Below are positions 1 through 12,202 of a DNA stretch of 64,000 nucleotides, piece after piece. Under the pieces are notes generated by a model. The model saw only the letters and a list, made by a program, of their open reading frames with translations, was not told the origin of the DNA and ran no database searches. This DNA is from Felis catus (taxonomy: Eukaryota). The stretch is from assembly GCF_018350175.1 (NCBI RefSeq), contig NC_058369.1:25732001-25796000 (forward strand), given 5' to 3'. Position numbers and translations under genes: made by a program. How positions within the stretch are numbered: the stretch's first letter is position 1; each line of letters opens with the position of its first letter.

Positions 1-200
1 GCATCCAACTTCAGCTCAGGTCATGATCTTGCAGTTCATGGGTTAGAGCCCTGTGTTGGGTTCTGAGCTGACACCTCAGGGCCTGGAGCCTACTTTGGAT
101 TCTGTGTCTCCCTCTCTTTCTGCCCCTCCCCCAACCCTACTCTGTCTCCCTCCCCACCCCCCTCAAAAATAAACATTTAAAAAACAACAACAACAAAAAA
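1..200 (+). mobile_element. Can-SINE (5' end cut by the window edge)
   Basis: cttcagctcaggtcatgatct body, CT-rich tract, AATAAA and A-rich tail. Confidence 0.9.
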
Positions 201-204
201 CCAT

Positions 205-680
205 GGGAGCCCAATCCTCCCCCTCTTAGCTGTGGGCTACGTTATTGGTTTACATGTAACAAACAGAGTAAGGTAGAGCAACAATGTGCAATTTTGAAGG
301 TTGGGTCATAAAAGACATTTTGGCTTCTGCCTTGTCTCAGATCACCTGCCCAATACTGTGAGAACATTCAACTTGCCCTATGGGCCAGTCCACATGGCTA
401 GAAATGAGGCTACTGCTAAAATCCACAAGAAATGGTGACCTCCAGCCAGCAGCCAAGTAAGCCTTTTAGAGAAACAGATACTCATGCCCCATTTGTCCAA
501 ATGACTAAAACCCTAGCTGGTATCTTGACTGCAACTTCATAAGAGATTTAGAGCTAGAACCATCTAGCTAAGCCATTCCCAGATTCCTAACCCTCAGAAA
601 GTGTGTGAGGTACTATTTGTTCTCTCAAGCCTCTAAATATTGGGGTAATTTATTACACAGCAATAAATAACTCATATACA
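205..680 (+). mobile_element. MaLR LTR (MLT1D/E-like)
   Basis: Ends ttggggtaatttattacacagcaataaataactcatataca, a typical MLT1 3' end. Confidence 0.65.
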
Positions 681-689
681 TAGTTTCAA

Positions 690-1215
690 AGTGCCTCCCC
701 ACAAAATACTTATTCACAAAAAGAAAACGAGTAACTACCAATCAAGAAGCTTGGAGAATACCACAAAGTAAACGTCACCAGTAATAACGCAAGCTACCTC
801 CATGTCAAACATGCAGAGCTTGAATCTAATTTTGAGTAAATCCCAGACAGACCTAAACTCAGAGATTTCCTGCAAAATAACTGTCTTGTAACCACAAGAA
901 GCTTAGGTGTATGAAAAGAAGACTTGAAGATCTATTCCAGACTGAAAGAGAGACAGAAGAGACAGGACAAGGAAATGCAACAGAAAATTCTGAACTAGTA
1001 TTGTGACAACTGGTGACATCTGAATTAAATAATATTATCAATGTTAACTTCCCAATTTTGATGGCTGCATTATATCCTTATTTGTACGAAATAGACTCTA
1101 AAGTATTCAGAGATGATGGGAACATCAGGTCTTCAAATGACTATCCACTGGTTCAAGGAAAAAAGTTTTCTATATTATACTTACTACTTTTCTGTAAATT
1201 TATGATTGTTTCAAC
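690..1215 (+). mobile_element. Old L1M 3' UTR fragment
   Basis: Resembles L1MC/L1ME 3' ends; similar to 29700-30270. Confidence 0.5.
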
Positions 1216-1255
1216 TATCTATATGCATGTATACACATATACATTTGCAAATATA

Positions 1256-1258
<3 letters not shown>

Positions 1259-1297
<39 letters not shown>
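1259..1297. repeat. (TA)n microsatellite
   Basis: Direct reading. Confidence 0.95.
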
Positions 1298-1302
<5 letters not shown>

Positions 1303-1982
1303 GAAACAATCACAAATTTACAGAAAAGTGGCAAGTGTGTGTATGTGGGTAAGTATACATTTAATAGTGGGATGCCCTTAAGGCATTAAAGCTGGAAATT
1401 ATGTTTTCTCACAAGTATTGTAATATATTCTCAGTAAGGGCAAAAACAGACAGCAAGTACAGTTATAAGATGAAGCATTCTATGAAATTATAGTACACTA
1501 GAAATATCTGTTATATAAAGTACTTTTATTAGGGGAGATAAGTATTAAATATTCAAGGAAGAAACCTATCTCCAGCTCGAACTTTAATAAATATTGATGG
1601 TATGTGTCTAATTAACTGCAGTGTAAAATTACTAAAATGAGAGTTCTGTAGGAAAATCATAGGATATTTTTTCAGTATTATTTTTATATCTCCACTCTGG
1701 AGTGGCACGCTTTATGCTAAGCTCTACTGCTCCCCACCCCTGCCAAAAGCCATCCTCTGGCAAAAATGAGAAGCTTACTCCAAATAGATAAATAAATGAA
1801 TAAACAGATACATACATAAATAACTAGATAAATAAAGGTTTCAACCCTTTTCAGAAAGATATACCATGTTATTATAATCTTGAAAATTAAACTGACATCA
1901 AAGAGCATCAGACACATCAGATTTTATGTAGTAATAGTAATAGACTTTTACACTCTTTGAAACACAAAAACACTCATAATTG

Positions 1983-2586
1983 TTATCTATCCTGCCAGTG
2001 GGGTAGAAAGCCAAGACGGCTCATTCTCAAGATGAGGGCAAAGAGGAAGATGACAACACATCACTGATATGCCTCCTGCTGCGTGAAGAACCAACAACAA
2101 GGATCATTAGGTAAAACGTCCTTGACTCCAGGCAAGAGAATGTCCATTTCTTTCAACAGAAAACCATCCCTCAATTCTAAGCCCAACTTAAAAACTGAAT
2201 GAGAAGACTATGTACATGATTGAGAGGGCTGAAACGAAAGCCATGGTCCATGGATACGTGGTAGCTTAACAAGCCTTGACTTGCTGGAAGGAGGGGGACA
2301 AGCCTTACACTCAAATGCATCTCTGGCACTCAGCTCCAAACATCTTTCCAGGTCTCTTTCCTTTGCTCTCAAGCTAATTGTGGGTATAAAAATATCACCT
2401 TCAATATAATGATAAACATTTAAACTCTTATTCACAGGAATAAATGTACAATGTAAGCTCTCCACAAACAAAATGAAGAGTGCCATCATGGACGAAGCAC
2501 TAATCTGAACATCAGATGTTAAATCCTCGGTGCAATGCTCTCTCTGTGTGGGACTATTATTGTTCAAGTTTCCATTTTCTCACCTC
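1983..2586 (-). pseudogene. Candidate decayed coding exon / alternative last exon of DENND6A in intron 9
   Basis: Acceptor cttgttgctcag at 2587; frame continues exon 9; about 201 codons with only 3 internal stops; repeat-free; AATAAA at 1525-1530 (minus strand). Confidence 0.4.
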
Positions 2587-2981
2587 CTGAGCAACAAGAA
2601 TTAAAAGAACAACACACTAACTTGTCCTACTTTAAAAACAATAACATGTCATTCATAATCAGGAGAAAAGATATATGCTAATAAAAAGTGTTAGTGGTAG
2701 GAATAATTAATTGCCATGAAAGCAAAGATAACTGATAAACTGAAAGGCATTAAGACTTGCACCCAGCAGTTCAAAAGAAAACAAGTCTGGTAATCAAATT
2801 CTATATCAACTTGTGCCAGTTCTTCACTTATTCCTAAATGAATGAAGTATCAAAACTACTAACAGTATGGATCCTTCTTAGTGTATTTTTCCTGTAATAA
2901 TTATTCATGTATTTGGGGGGCACTTCTCCTCTTTATTCTAAGAATGCTACAACACTTAATTTTTTAAAAGAAAATCAATTT

Positions 2982-3165
2982 GAGGGTGCCTGGGTAGCTC
3001 AGTTGGTTGAGAGTCCGACTTGTGAGTTCGAGCCCTGGATCCGGGTTTGCGCTGACAGTGCAGAGCCTGCTTTGGATTTTCTGTCTCCCTTTCTCTCTGC
3101 CCCTACCCCGCTTGCATGTTTTCTCTCTCTCTCTCTCAAAAATAAATAAACATTAAAAATGTTTT
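2982..3165 (+). mobile_element. Can-SINE (internal deletion)
   Basis: TSD aaaagaaaatcaattt on both sides. Confidence 0.9.
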
Positions 3166-3203
3166 AAAAGAAAATCAATTTGTTTTTAAGATTTATCATT
3201 TAC

Positions 3204-3412
3204 GGGGGTGCCTGGGTGGCTTAGTCGGTTAAGCGCTAGACGTCAGCTCAGGTCATGATCTCACGGTTCGTGAGTTCGAGCCCCGCATCGGGCTCTGTGC
3301 TGACAGCTCACAGCCTGGAGCCTGCTTCAGGTTCCTTGTCTCCCTCTCTCTCTCTGCCCCTTCTCACTCTGTCTCTCTCTCAAAAATAAATTAAAAAATA
3401 AAAAAAAAAAAA
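3204..3412 (+). mobile_element. Can-SINE
   Basis: TSD aagatttatcatttac. Confidence 0.92.
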
Positions 3413-3429
3413 AGATTTATCATTTACAT

Positions 3430-3890
3430 ACAGAAACATTTACACTCAGCAAAGATATAAAACACTTCCATCACTCCAAAAATTCCCTCATCCCCTTTTA
3501 CTCAATTTCCCTCTCCCGCCCTCCAGGCAACCACTGAGCTGATTTCTGTCCCTTTTCTAGAATATCTATAAATGGAGTCACTGAGTAAGTAGCTCTTTAA
3601 AATCTGGTTCCTTTTGCCAAACATAACACTTCTGAGAGTCACCTATGTTGCTGGCTGTATCAATAGTGCTGTCTTTTTTTTAACTGCTAAGTAGTATTCC
3701 ACACACATGTAAGAATCACATTTGTTTATCCATTTACCAGCTTATGGACAAATGCAGTTTCTGGTTTTAGGCAGATATGAATAGAGCTGCTATAAACATT
3801 TGCATATAGGTCTTTGTGAGGATGTATGCTTTCATTTTTACAGGATAAATTCCTAAAAGTGGGATTAATAGGCTGTGCTAGGGCCAAGTG
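3430..3890 (-). mobile_element. Old L1M(E) 3' fragment
   Basis: ccaggcaaccactg, ttatccatttacc, gctgctataaacatt motifs of a reverse-strand L1 3' end. Confidence 0.65.
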
Positions 3891-4403
3891 TATAAAACAA
3901 ATCAAGCATATAGAACTAATCATCCTCTGAAGTAGTATTCCATGTAGTTTAAAGGTCACACATACACAAAATTCCACATACACCCCAAACCAAAAATCCC
4001 ATTCTAAGCCTTTCACATGACTCCCAATTGCATGTATTACTATTTAATAACTGCTCTGCAACAACAGTGGTTTCTCAAGCCAAGCAGATCTACCCAGGAG
4101 CTGGAACTTGGGCACTAATCCAGAGATTTCTATTCAGCTGCCCTGGGTAAGGCACAGGCATTGGTACTTTTCCCTGTTCTTTTTTATGTGCTAGATTCTC
4201 TTTTTTTTATTTTGCATTTTAAAAAGCTTCAAACATACAGAAAAACAAAGGCAGTAGTGTAAGAACCCCCATTTACCTATCATCTAGAGTTAGCAATATT
4301 TTACCATTTTTACTTCATTAATTTTTTTCTTACGGACATATTTTAAGTCTTAGGCTCTACCAACTAAGCTAGCTGGACACTTCTTAGTAAATATTTAAAA
4401 AAA

Positions 4404-4627
4404 ATTTTTTTAATGTTTATTTATTGTTTTTGAGAGAGAGAGAGAGAGAGAGACAGAGCATGAGCAGGGGGAGGGGCAGAAAGAAGAGTGAGACACAGAA
4501 TCCGAAGCAGGCTCCAGGCTCCAAGCTGTCATCACAGAGCCCGACACAGGGCTTGAACCCACGGACCGCGAGATCGTGACCTGAGCTGAAGTCAGACACT
4601 TAACCAACTGAGCCACCCAGGCACCCC
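4404..4627 (-). mobile_element. Can-SINE
   Basis: Reverse SINE body ending gagccacccaggcacccc. Confidence 0.92.
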
Positions 4628-4979
4628 TTATTGAAGTATTTTAAAATAAAACACAAACCTCATGACATTTCACTTCAAAATAGTTAAAAATTCATCTTTA
4701 AAAATCAAGTCTATTTTCTTACATCATTACAATACTATTCTCACACCAAACCAAACAAAAAATAATTTGTTTCTACCATGTAATAGCCAACCACATCCAA
4801 ATTTCCCTAATCATCAAAGTTCATAACATGCATTAGGGATGAACCATTGATTTTTAACCTGTGAAACATAATATGACTATTTTTTTCCAGTTTTTTCCAC
4901 ATTTAAGAACATTCATTTTCTAAAGAAATTAAAAACAATATCACAAAGCAAAGGAGGAAAGGCACTTAATAAAATTTAC

Positions 4980-5035
4980 CTGAAAAGATCCACCTCATGA
5001 ACAGTAGGTAAAATAACAGATATATGTGTGTCTGC
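4980..5035 (-). CDS. DENND6A: DENND6A exon 9 (ADTHISVILPTVHEVDLF+R)
   Basis: 56 nt; acceptor tctcttttatctcag|, donor CAG|GTAAAT; phase 0-2. I could not find the next canonical exon (CFCPVFLHSQ...) in the window. Confidence 0.94.
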
Positions 5036-5412
5036 CTGAGATAAAAGAGAAAAAATACAGAAGATATCACTAAAATTTACAGAAATTCATTTTTTAAAAA
5101 TGCCTATCTATCTTGTGATCAATAAGCCATATTGCCCTATCTTTTAAGATTCTCTTTCTCCAGGAGCAGCCACAAAGAGATTGGGCCTTAGCAATCTCTC
5201 CTAACACAGCAGAAGGTCAAGGATGACAGATTCCTTGGATAAAACATTAATCTAATAGTCAGAGGACAGATTAATTCACAACTGCATTATGCCAGTTGAT
5301 ATATGTATATAACAGGAAAAATTAGTTTTCCTACTGCTTTCTATTTTAATTCAATTCAAACAATGGGAGTGTTAATATACCAGTTAAAACATTTCAAATA
5401 AAAACTTCAACC

Positions 5413-5636
5413 GGGGCGCCTGGGTGGCTCAGTCGGTTGAGAGGCTGACTTCAGCTCGGGTCATAATCTCACAATCCGTGAGTTCGAGCCCCACTTCCGG
5501 CTCTGTGCTGACAGCTCAGAGCCTGGAGCTGCTTCAGGTTCTGTGTCTCCCTCTCTCTCTGCCCCTCCCCTGCTCATGCTGTCTCTCTCTGTCTCAAAAA
5601 TAAATAAAAACATTAAAAAAAAATTTAAAAAACCCA
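5413..5636 (+). mobile_element. Can-SINE
   Basis: TSD aaaaacttcaacc. Confidence 0.92.
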
Positions 5637-6022
5637 AAAACTTCAACCCCACCCATGAACAGATGTGACTGTGGGGGAAATGAAAAGCAATCATAACTAA
5701 AGAATCCTTTGACTGAGTTTCCTAAAAACAAAAGCCTGTTGACCATTCTTCTAAGAAGGTAAGAGGTTTTATGTACTTTCCCCTAGTCCTCACAGTTACA
5801 TTATAAATTGAGTTCTCCAGTATCTGCTAGATAACAAACAAGAAAAACAATCTGAGAAACATTAGAAAGTTTATTATCAATTTATTACAAAATTATTTAA
5901 TGGGATATTTCAGTAATATTCAGAAATATATCATAAACCCAAGAAGCTCTATATTTGCTAGTTTAAGAATTCTGTTAAAGAGATTATATATGCTGGATTA
6001 TTCTACCACAGTACCACACTAC

Positions 6023-6085
6023 CTGCTGAGTTAACTGCGCTATTTGAGTTGTCCCAGGCTTGTCATGACATGTGGGAATCCGTAC
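6023..6085 (-). CDS. DENND6A: DENND6A exon 8 ([21 protein letters not shown])
   Basis: 63 nt; acceptor ctctgtctcttcaag|, donor CAG|GTAGTG; phase 0-0. Confidence 0.94.
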
Positions 6086-7138
6086 CTTGAAGAGACAGAG
6101 AAGAAATTAACTTTGGCTATAAAAGAATGTCCTTTATATGGTCTGTGACTCCCACTACAACGAGGGATCAGAAACACTCTTACCACTAAAACAGTACACT
6201 CAGCAATGCATAAAAATCCATAAAAACAAAGTATTTATATCAGATTTTAAAACTAGTCTTATTTATCTTTAGTCACAGAAGGTAAGTGAACCAATGTCTC
6301 CATATTCCCATACACATGGAAATCACTAACTCACTGAGAAGCAAATGTGCTGAAAAACAGAAAAAGAGCATCAACTTCATACTGCTTCCTATTTATTGTT
6401 CCATTCTTTGCTTCATTAATATACACACACCCAAACACACCCTCTCAAGCTTGCCAAATTATGGGATAAATCTCACAGGAAACCATAAGAACTCACAACC
6501 CAGAGCTAGGAGTACCACTTTGATAATCTCCCAGGGAAAAAAACAGAACACATCCTACAGAAGTAATACATCTAAAAACACAGCATTGCCAAAAATAAGT
6601 CCAATTTGAAAATGAATTGCAAAAGCACTACAGCACATTCATACAAAGCCTGAGAACAAAATGCTATTTCATTTTTTAAAAAAGAAAAGAAAACTGAATA
6701 AAAGCACCATATCCTGGGATGTGCATGTTTGGTCTGACATCACACATGAAGAAATTTATTACTAAGAACCAATGGCTTTCCTAATTTCTTCCCATTTTTA
6801 CTAATTCATACTTGACTCTACAAGTATTCTGCAACGCCACCCATCTCTGGAGGGCCATGGAGTTGCAGAAGTCTCAAAGGCTGCATTTACAGTCACATGT
6901 ATTATACAAGAATGACACCCTTGTGTAAAACTCTAAGGATGAAATGGGACAGGTAGCCCCTGGAGTTGTGTAACTAATGGTTCTGTACAGCAGGATGAAC
7001 TGTGGGATCTCTAACTCCTCACATACAAATGACAGCAATATTGACATTGAACATTATTAGGAAGTTAAAAAGCAAAACTCATCTATGAACTTCCTAGAGT
7101 TCTCTAGAAAAGGAGACAAATGAAATAAAAGCTATTAC

Positions 7139-7218
7139 CTTCATTACAACCCCCATAATAGGCAGGTGTAATGTCTTCCCTGGCACTGGGGCAGGCCATC
7201 GATCAACATCATTACAAG
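7139..7218 (-). CDS. DENND6A: DENND6A exon 7 ([27 protein letters not shown])
   Basis: 80 nt; acceptor ttttttcag|, donor AAG|GTAATA; phase 1-0. Confidence 0.96.
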
Positions 7219-7300
7219 CTGAAAAAATAATACAATCTTTCCTTAGTATAAGTTCAAATTGCAAAATATGAAAAATGAAACATTAGAAATTAGAACTCCA

Positions 7301-7484
7301 GGGGCGCCTGTGTGGCTCAGTCATGATCCTAGGGTCGTGGGATCAAGCCCTGTATCACACTCTGCACTGAGCATGGAGCCTGCTTCAATTTCTCTCTCTC
7401 TCTTTCTCTCCCTCTGTCCCTCTCCCCACTTACGTGTTCTTGCTCTAAAATAAAATAAAAACTAAAAAAAGAAAAAATTAAAAA
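7301..7484 (+). mobile_element. Can-SINE (deleted)
   Basis: ggggcgcctg start, CT tract, A tail. Confidence 0.85.
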
Positions 7485-7546
7485 GGTAACAGAAAAGTAA
7501 AAGTGGTGAAAATATCTTGCATTTCACCAGAAATACACCTGTGTTC

Positions 7547-7754
7547 TTTTTTTTTTTTTTAAGTTTGTTTTATTTTGAGAGAGAGAAGAGAGAGGGAGGG
7601 ACAGAGTGAGAGGGAGAGAGAATCCCCAAGCAGGCTCCGCACTGTCAGCCCAGAGCCCAACATGGGGGCTTGAATTCATGAACCATGCATGAGATCATGA
7701 CCTGAGCCGAAATCAAGAGTCAGACATTTAACCAACTGAGCCACCCAGGCACCC
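7547..7754 (-). mobile_element. Can-SINE
   Basis: Degenerate TSD gaaatacacctgtgttct / gaaatatacctatgttct. Confidence 0.9.
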
Positions 7755-8077
7755 TGAAATATACCTATGTTCTAAGATACAAACTAGTTCATAAATTTTT
7801 TGAAAGGGAGTTTTCCTATTCACTCATCACTACCCAAATTAGCAACAAAAACATAACACTCAATAGAGCCTTCTGCATTGAGTGACATAAAGATTTGTTT
7901 AAACACTACTCTGAGAAGCAGAGTTGTCAACTTCATATTTGTTCATCATTAACCTAATAAATAGGCATCATCTATGCTGCAAAAGGAGATAATAAAAGAT
8001 AAGGTCTTTTGTGTTTGTAGGTAAAGATGAAGAATAGCTTTTCATCTCTCTCCTACCATATAGCCCTTACAATTCTT

Positions 8078-8303
8078 CTTTTTGAAAACAATTTTTAAGA
8101 GATATTTTTTAAGTTTATTTATTTTGAGAGAGAGGGAGAGAGAGTGGGTGAGGGGCAGAGAGAAAGGGACAGAGGATCCCAAGCAGGTTCTGTGGTGTCA
8201 GCTCAGAGCCCATCATGGGGCTCGAATTCATGAACTGTGAGATCATGACCTGAGGTGAAATCAAGAGTCAGATGCTTAATTGACTGAGCCACCCAGGCGT
8301 CCC
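8078..8303 (-). mobile_element. Can-SINE
   Basis: TSD tagcccttacaattctt / tagcccttaaaattctt. Confidence 0.9.
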
Positions 8304-8423
8304 TAGCCCTTAAAATTCTTAACTAAATTTTTTAGAAAGTCAACTTTATATTTATCAGCCATTTCCAGGAAAATTTTTAAAACTCCTTCATAAAGTATCT
8401 AAGTCACACAATATTTAACTTAC

Positions 8424-8529
8424 CTGCTTCCAAATAAGGTTCGCTCTTTTCAAAATACTCTGGTGCTATCTGTTTGAGCACGGTATGAAAAAAATGAATG
8501 TAAGGTAGTTTGCTGATCAAAACCAAGGA
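8424..8529 (-). CDS. DENND6A: DENND6A exon 6 ([35 protein letters not shown])
   Basis: 106 nt; acceptor ttttttctctccag|, donor CAG|GTAAGT. Confidence 0.96.
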
Positions 8530-9179
8530 CTGGAGAGAAAAAAGAAACATGATTTTTTATTTTCCTGATGATTATAATTTAAATTTGTCATTTCTTATAA
8601 AATCAATTACTAACATGCTAAATTCAGCAAAAAGTGTGGATTTTGAAAGAAAGTTTTTGCAGTAAACGGTTAAAAGAAAAACTACATAAAACTACAGTAG
8701 CAGAATGCAAGAATTTTAACCTTATTATTACACCTTAAGAGCATAAGGGCATATTCACAGATTCTCCTGATCTCCAGGAAAAAGAATTTCCTATAAAGAG
8801 ACAAATATTATGGATAATTTCCAAGGCCTCGCTACTACTGTCATTAGCAAAGCAGTTCTACCAGGAATTAGTGAGATGAACTCTTCCTAATGTAGGAAGA
8901 GCAAATCGTGATGCTTTTTCAAACTAAGACCTATGATTGCTGTTATTTTAGTTTTCAATGATCATAACCATATACTTAGAAACTCTGACTTTATAGTTGG
9001 GCCAATTCAGATATGGATTATGCCAATTTTTTCATCTATTTCTCTTGGAAACTACTTTTTACCTTTCCATCCAATATCAATTAGTGGTCAAGGCACATTC
9101 TAGTTACAAAAGGTAAAGGTGTGTCCCTGTTAGCTGTAATTAAATCAGAACCAATTATTATTTTTAATGATGATTGGGA

Positions 9180-9296
9180 TTTTTTAATTAACTAATTAAT
9201 CAATTTAAGTAATTTCTACACCCAATGTGAGGCTCAAACTAACAAACCCAACATCAAGAGTTGCATGCTCTTCTGACTGAGCCAGCCAGGTGCCCC
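9180..9296 (-). mobile_element. Short old-type Can-SINE
   Basis: tcaagagttgcatgctcttctgactgagccagccaggtgcccc. Confidence 0.8.
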
Positions 9297-9594
9297 TAAT
9301 TTTTTTTTAAAGAAAATAAAATGACTGTACATTTAGAATGGAAATACTAATGATTAAGATGTTGCTAAGATGTATTTAGTGACTCTTAGCTGTTCAAAAA
9401 AAGATACTGCAGACTTTTATTAGTTGTAACGATATTAAAAATCATCTGTTCATTCTTTTCCTCATCCCAAAATGTGGAAATTAAGCAGATTCATTTGGCT
9501 TTTAACAATTTCATACAATATGTATAACTGTCAGGAATCTAGCACAGAGATAGCAGAAAGGCAAAATTCAATCCCAGTTAAAAATCTAGGGACA

Positions 9595-9946
9595 GGGGCA
9601 TCTGGGTAGCTCAGTCGGTTAAGCATCCAACTCTTGATTCTCAGCTCACATCTTAATCTCAGGGTCCTGGGCATGAGACCTACTTTATTTATTTATTTAT
9701 TTATTTATTTTCAATGTTTATTTATTTTTGGGACAGAGAGAGACAGAGCATGAACGGGGGAGGGGCAGAGAGAGAGGGAGACACAGAATCGGAAACAGGC
9801 TCCAGGCTCTGAGCCATCAGCCCAGAGACTGACCCGGGGCTCGAACTCCCAGACTGCGAGATTGTGACCTGGCTGAAGTCCGACGCTTAACCGACTGCGC
9901 CACCCAGGAGCCCCAAGACCTACTTTAAAAAAACAACAACAACAAA
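9595..9946 (+). mobile_element. Short Can-SINE (+) with a nested young feline SINE (-, 9688-9914)
   Basis: Outer TSD aaaaatctagggacagg; inner TSD agacctacttta. Confidence 0.9.
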
Positions 9947-10116
9947 AAAAATCTAGGGACAGGTATCTATAATCTAAAAAAACAACAAAAAAAAGTAAGT
10001 TCTAGTATGTTTAAAGATAAAATATCAAAGACTTTAAAGACTATTCATCCTTACAGTTTCTATTTTTCTATCCACAATATAAAAACAATTTCCCTATTAG
10101 TGCATATGAAATTTAC

Positions 10117-10197
10117 CTTCTGGAAGTAGCCTCTTTTTAGACTTTTATCTCGAACTTGTCGGAAATACACATATCCGTAAAAATAAGCAGGATCCTT
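10117..10197 (-). CDS. DENND6A: DENND6A exon 5 ([27 protein letters not shown])
   Basis: 81 nt; acceptor cttctttcatag|, donor AAG|GTAAAT; conserved YGYVYFRQ...RGYFQK motif. Confidence 0.96.
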
Positions 10198-10779
10198 CTA
10201 TGAAAGAAGTGACAAATAAAAAAATACATATTGCCATCCTTTTGTTATTATTAACATCACATTCCTTTACAAACCTGAACTGAGATATGAAATATACACA
10301 AAGATCTAGTTATGCTTTTCCACCAACACAATCATGATAGTAACTGGCAGATATAAACTTGGAGCTTGCCCAAAGGTGAAATAATTTCAACTAAAGTACT
10401 AAAATCAGATTTTTCCCATTATAACCTCCTCAGCTTATGTTGTTTATTCATATCTGTACTAGTTAATGGACGTCAGGAAACAATCAAATTCTACGTTTTC
10501 TCCAATGCTACATGTATATTTTTAAATTGTGCCCACAAGTATGAGTTAGGGGTCAGTCTTAATAAAATGGAGTATCCTAATGTAAAATTTTGAGAGAGAA
10601 AAAAAGGAGTTAAATGCCAATCTGAATGTTACATAATCAGTTCTATTTTTACCTAATAAAAATGAAACACCGCAATATTTATCAAAATACAATTTGAAAG
10701 TAAATACATTCCAAAAAACATAAGAAGTTTTTACTTCCTAATGAAATAAACTTTAACCCAGTTCCTAACTGATTATTCT

Positions 10780-11170
10780 TTGCACAAATATTTATTGACC
10801 ATCTAGTTTGAACAAGGCATTGTGTTACAGAAGTTAAAAGATGCATCAGATATAGTTCCTTAAGAAGACCACAATCTATGAGGGACAAAAACAAACCTCA
10901 AGGTAGGTACTATGAAGAAACCACAAAGTGTTACAGGGAGGCCAGGAGGGAAGAGATTACTTCTGTCTATGGGAATCAGTAGAGATTTCATAGAGGCAGC
11001 TGTTTTTGAATGGGGCATTGAAGGATGCATAGGAGTTAAACAAAGACAAAAACATCCCAGGTTTAGAGAGCCAGGAGTTTGAGCAAAAACAAACACACAG
11101 AGACTGAAAAATACAAGCTACCTCAGGAAAAAGCACATAGTTCAGTTTGGTTAAAATGTGGCACATGTAC
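10780..11170. mobile_element. L2 fragment
   Basis: caaatatttattgacc...aggcattgtgtt and the purine-rich L2 signature. Confidence 0.55.
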
Positions 11171-12202
11171 AGAAAGGAGATAAAGTTGGAAACTGGAAAC
11201 GTAAAGGTCTTATCTTGGAAGGCCCAAAAAGTGAGGACAAGGAAATCGCACTATCATTGCCTCTTTATTCATTAAGGAACAGATAGCCATTTTGTATCTA
11301 TTTTTATATAATATATACATGTACTTTAGCTGACAACTCTGTATACAATATATTACATTGAAAAAAACCCAAAAGATGGGATGTCTAGGCAAAATTATTA
11401 TCCTCATCAGCCCTCAATTCCCTCATTTACAAAAAAACCTCTCAGAACACTATGAGGACTGATGAGATAACACAAGCTTATTAATACAGTGCCTAGAATA
11501 TAAGCACCAGTCAATAATAACTATTATTATCAGTTGAAAGAATATGTTGATAGCGAAAGCAAAAGGTCATGGAAAGGAGTAGACGGCTATAAGACATTTC
11601 AAAGGTAATAGCTTTGCTAACTGGGAAAGGGTTCCTGTCATTACTGGAACCAGGGAGGTTAACTGTAAATGCTGATTTTAGGCAAATGAGGTCATACTGG
11701 ATGTACTGATAGGACATCCAGACGGAAATGTGCCTCACACAGTCAGAGATGTAAATATGGAATACCAAACAGAAGCCTATACTCTGAAATCATCTAAATT
11801 ATTAAAATTGTTTTTAATAAATAACTGGAAAACAAAGCTCAAAAAGAGACAACTACAATTCTATCATAAAGTAGGGAATCTTCAACTCTAAGTGATATTT
11901 ACTGGTATGGTACCACCCGAACTCCACATCTAAACAAAGAGGTATTAACAAATGAAAGAAAACCACCTCAACATTCTAATTGATTTCTAAAATTCACAGT
12001 GGCATTATATGTTTCAAGAACAGTAACTTTGTAAAGTTTCTTTCTTTCACATGCTGAATCCTTATGAATTAGACTCACTTAGGAAATCTAACAGTATAAT
12101 ATAGTAATAACACAAAAGTAAAATATTTCTGAATGCTTTAGAGGTAACTGAGTTCTAAAGTTTCCTCTCACATGGACATTTTTCTATTGCTACTTTTCCA
12201 AC

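Noticed and set aside
8881..8901. Hairpin ctcttccta-atg-taggaagag in intron 5
   Set aside because: Too short for a miRNA or snoRNA; no C/D or H/ACA boxes recognised
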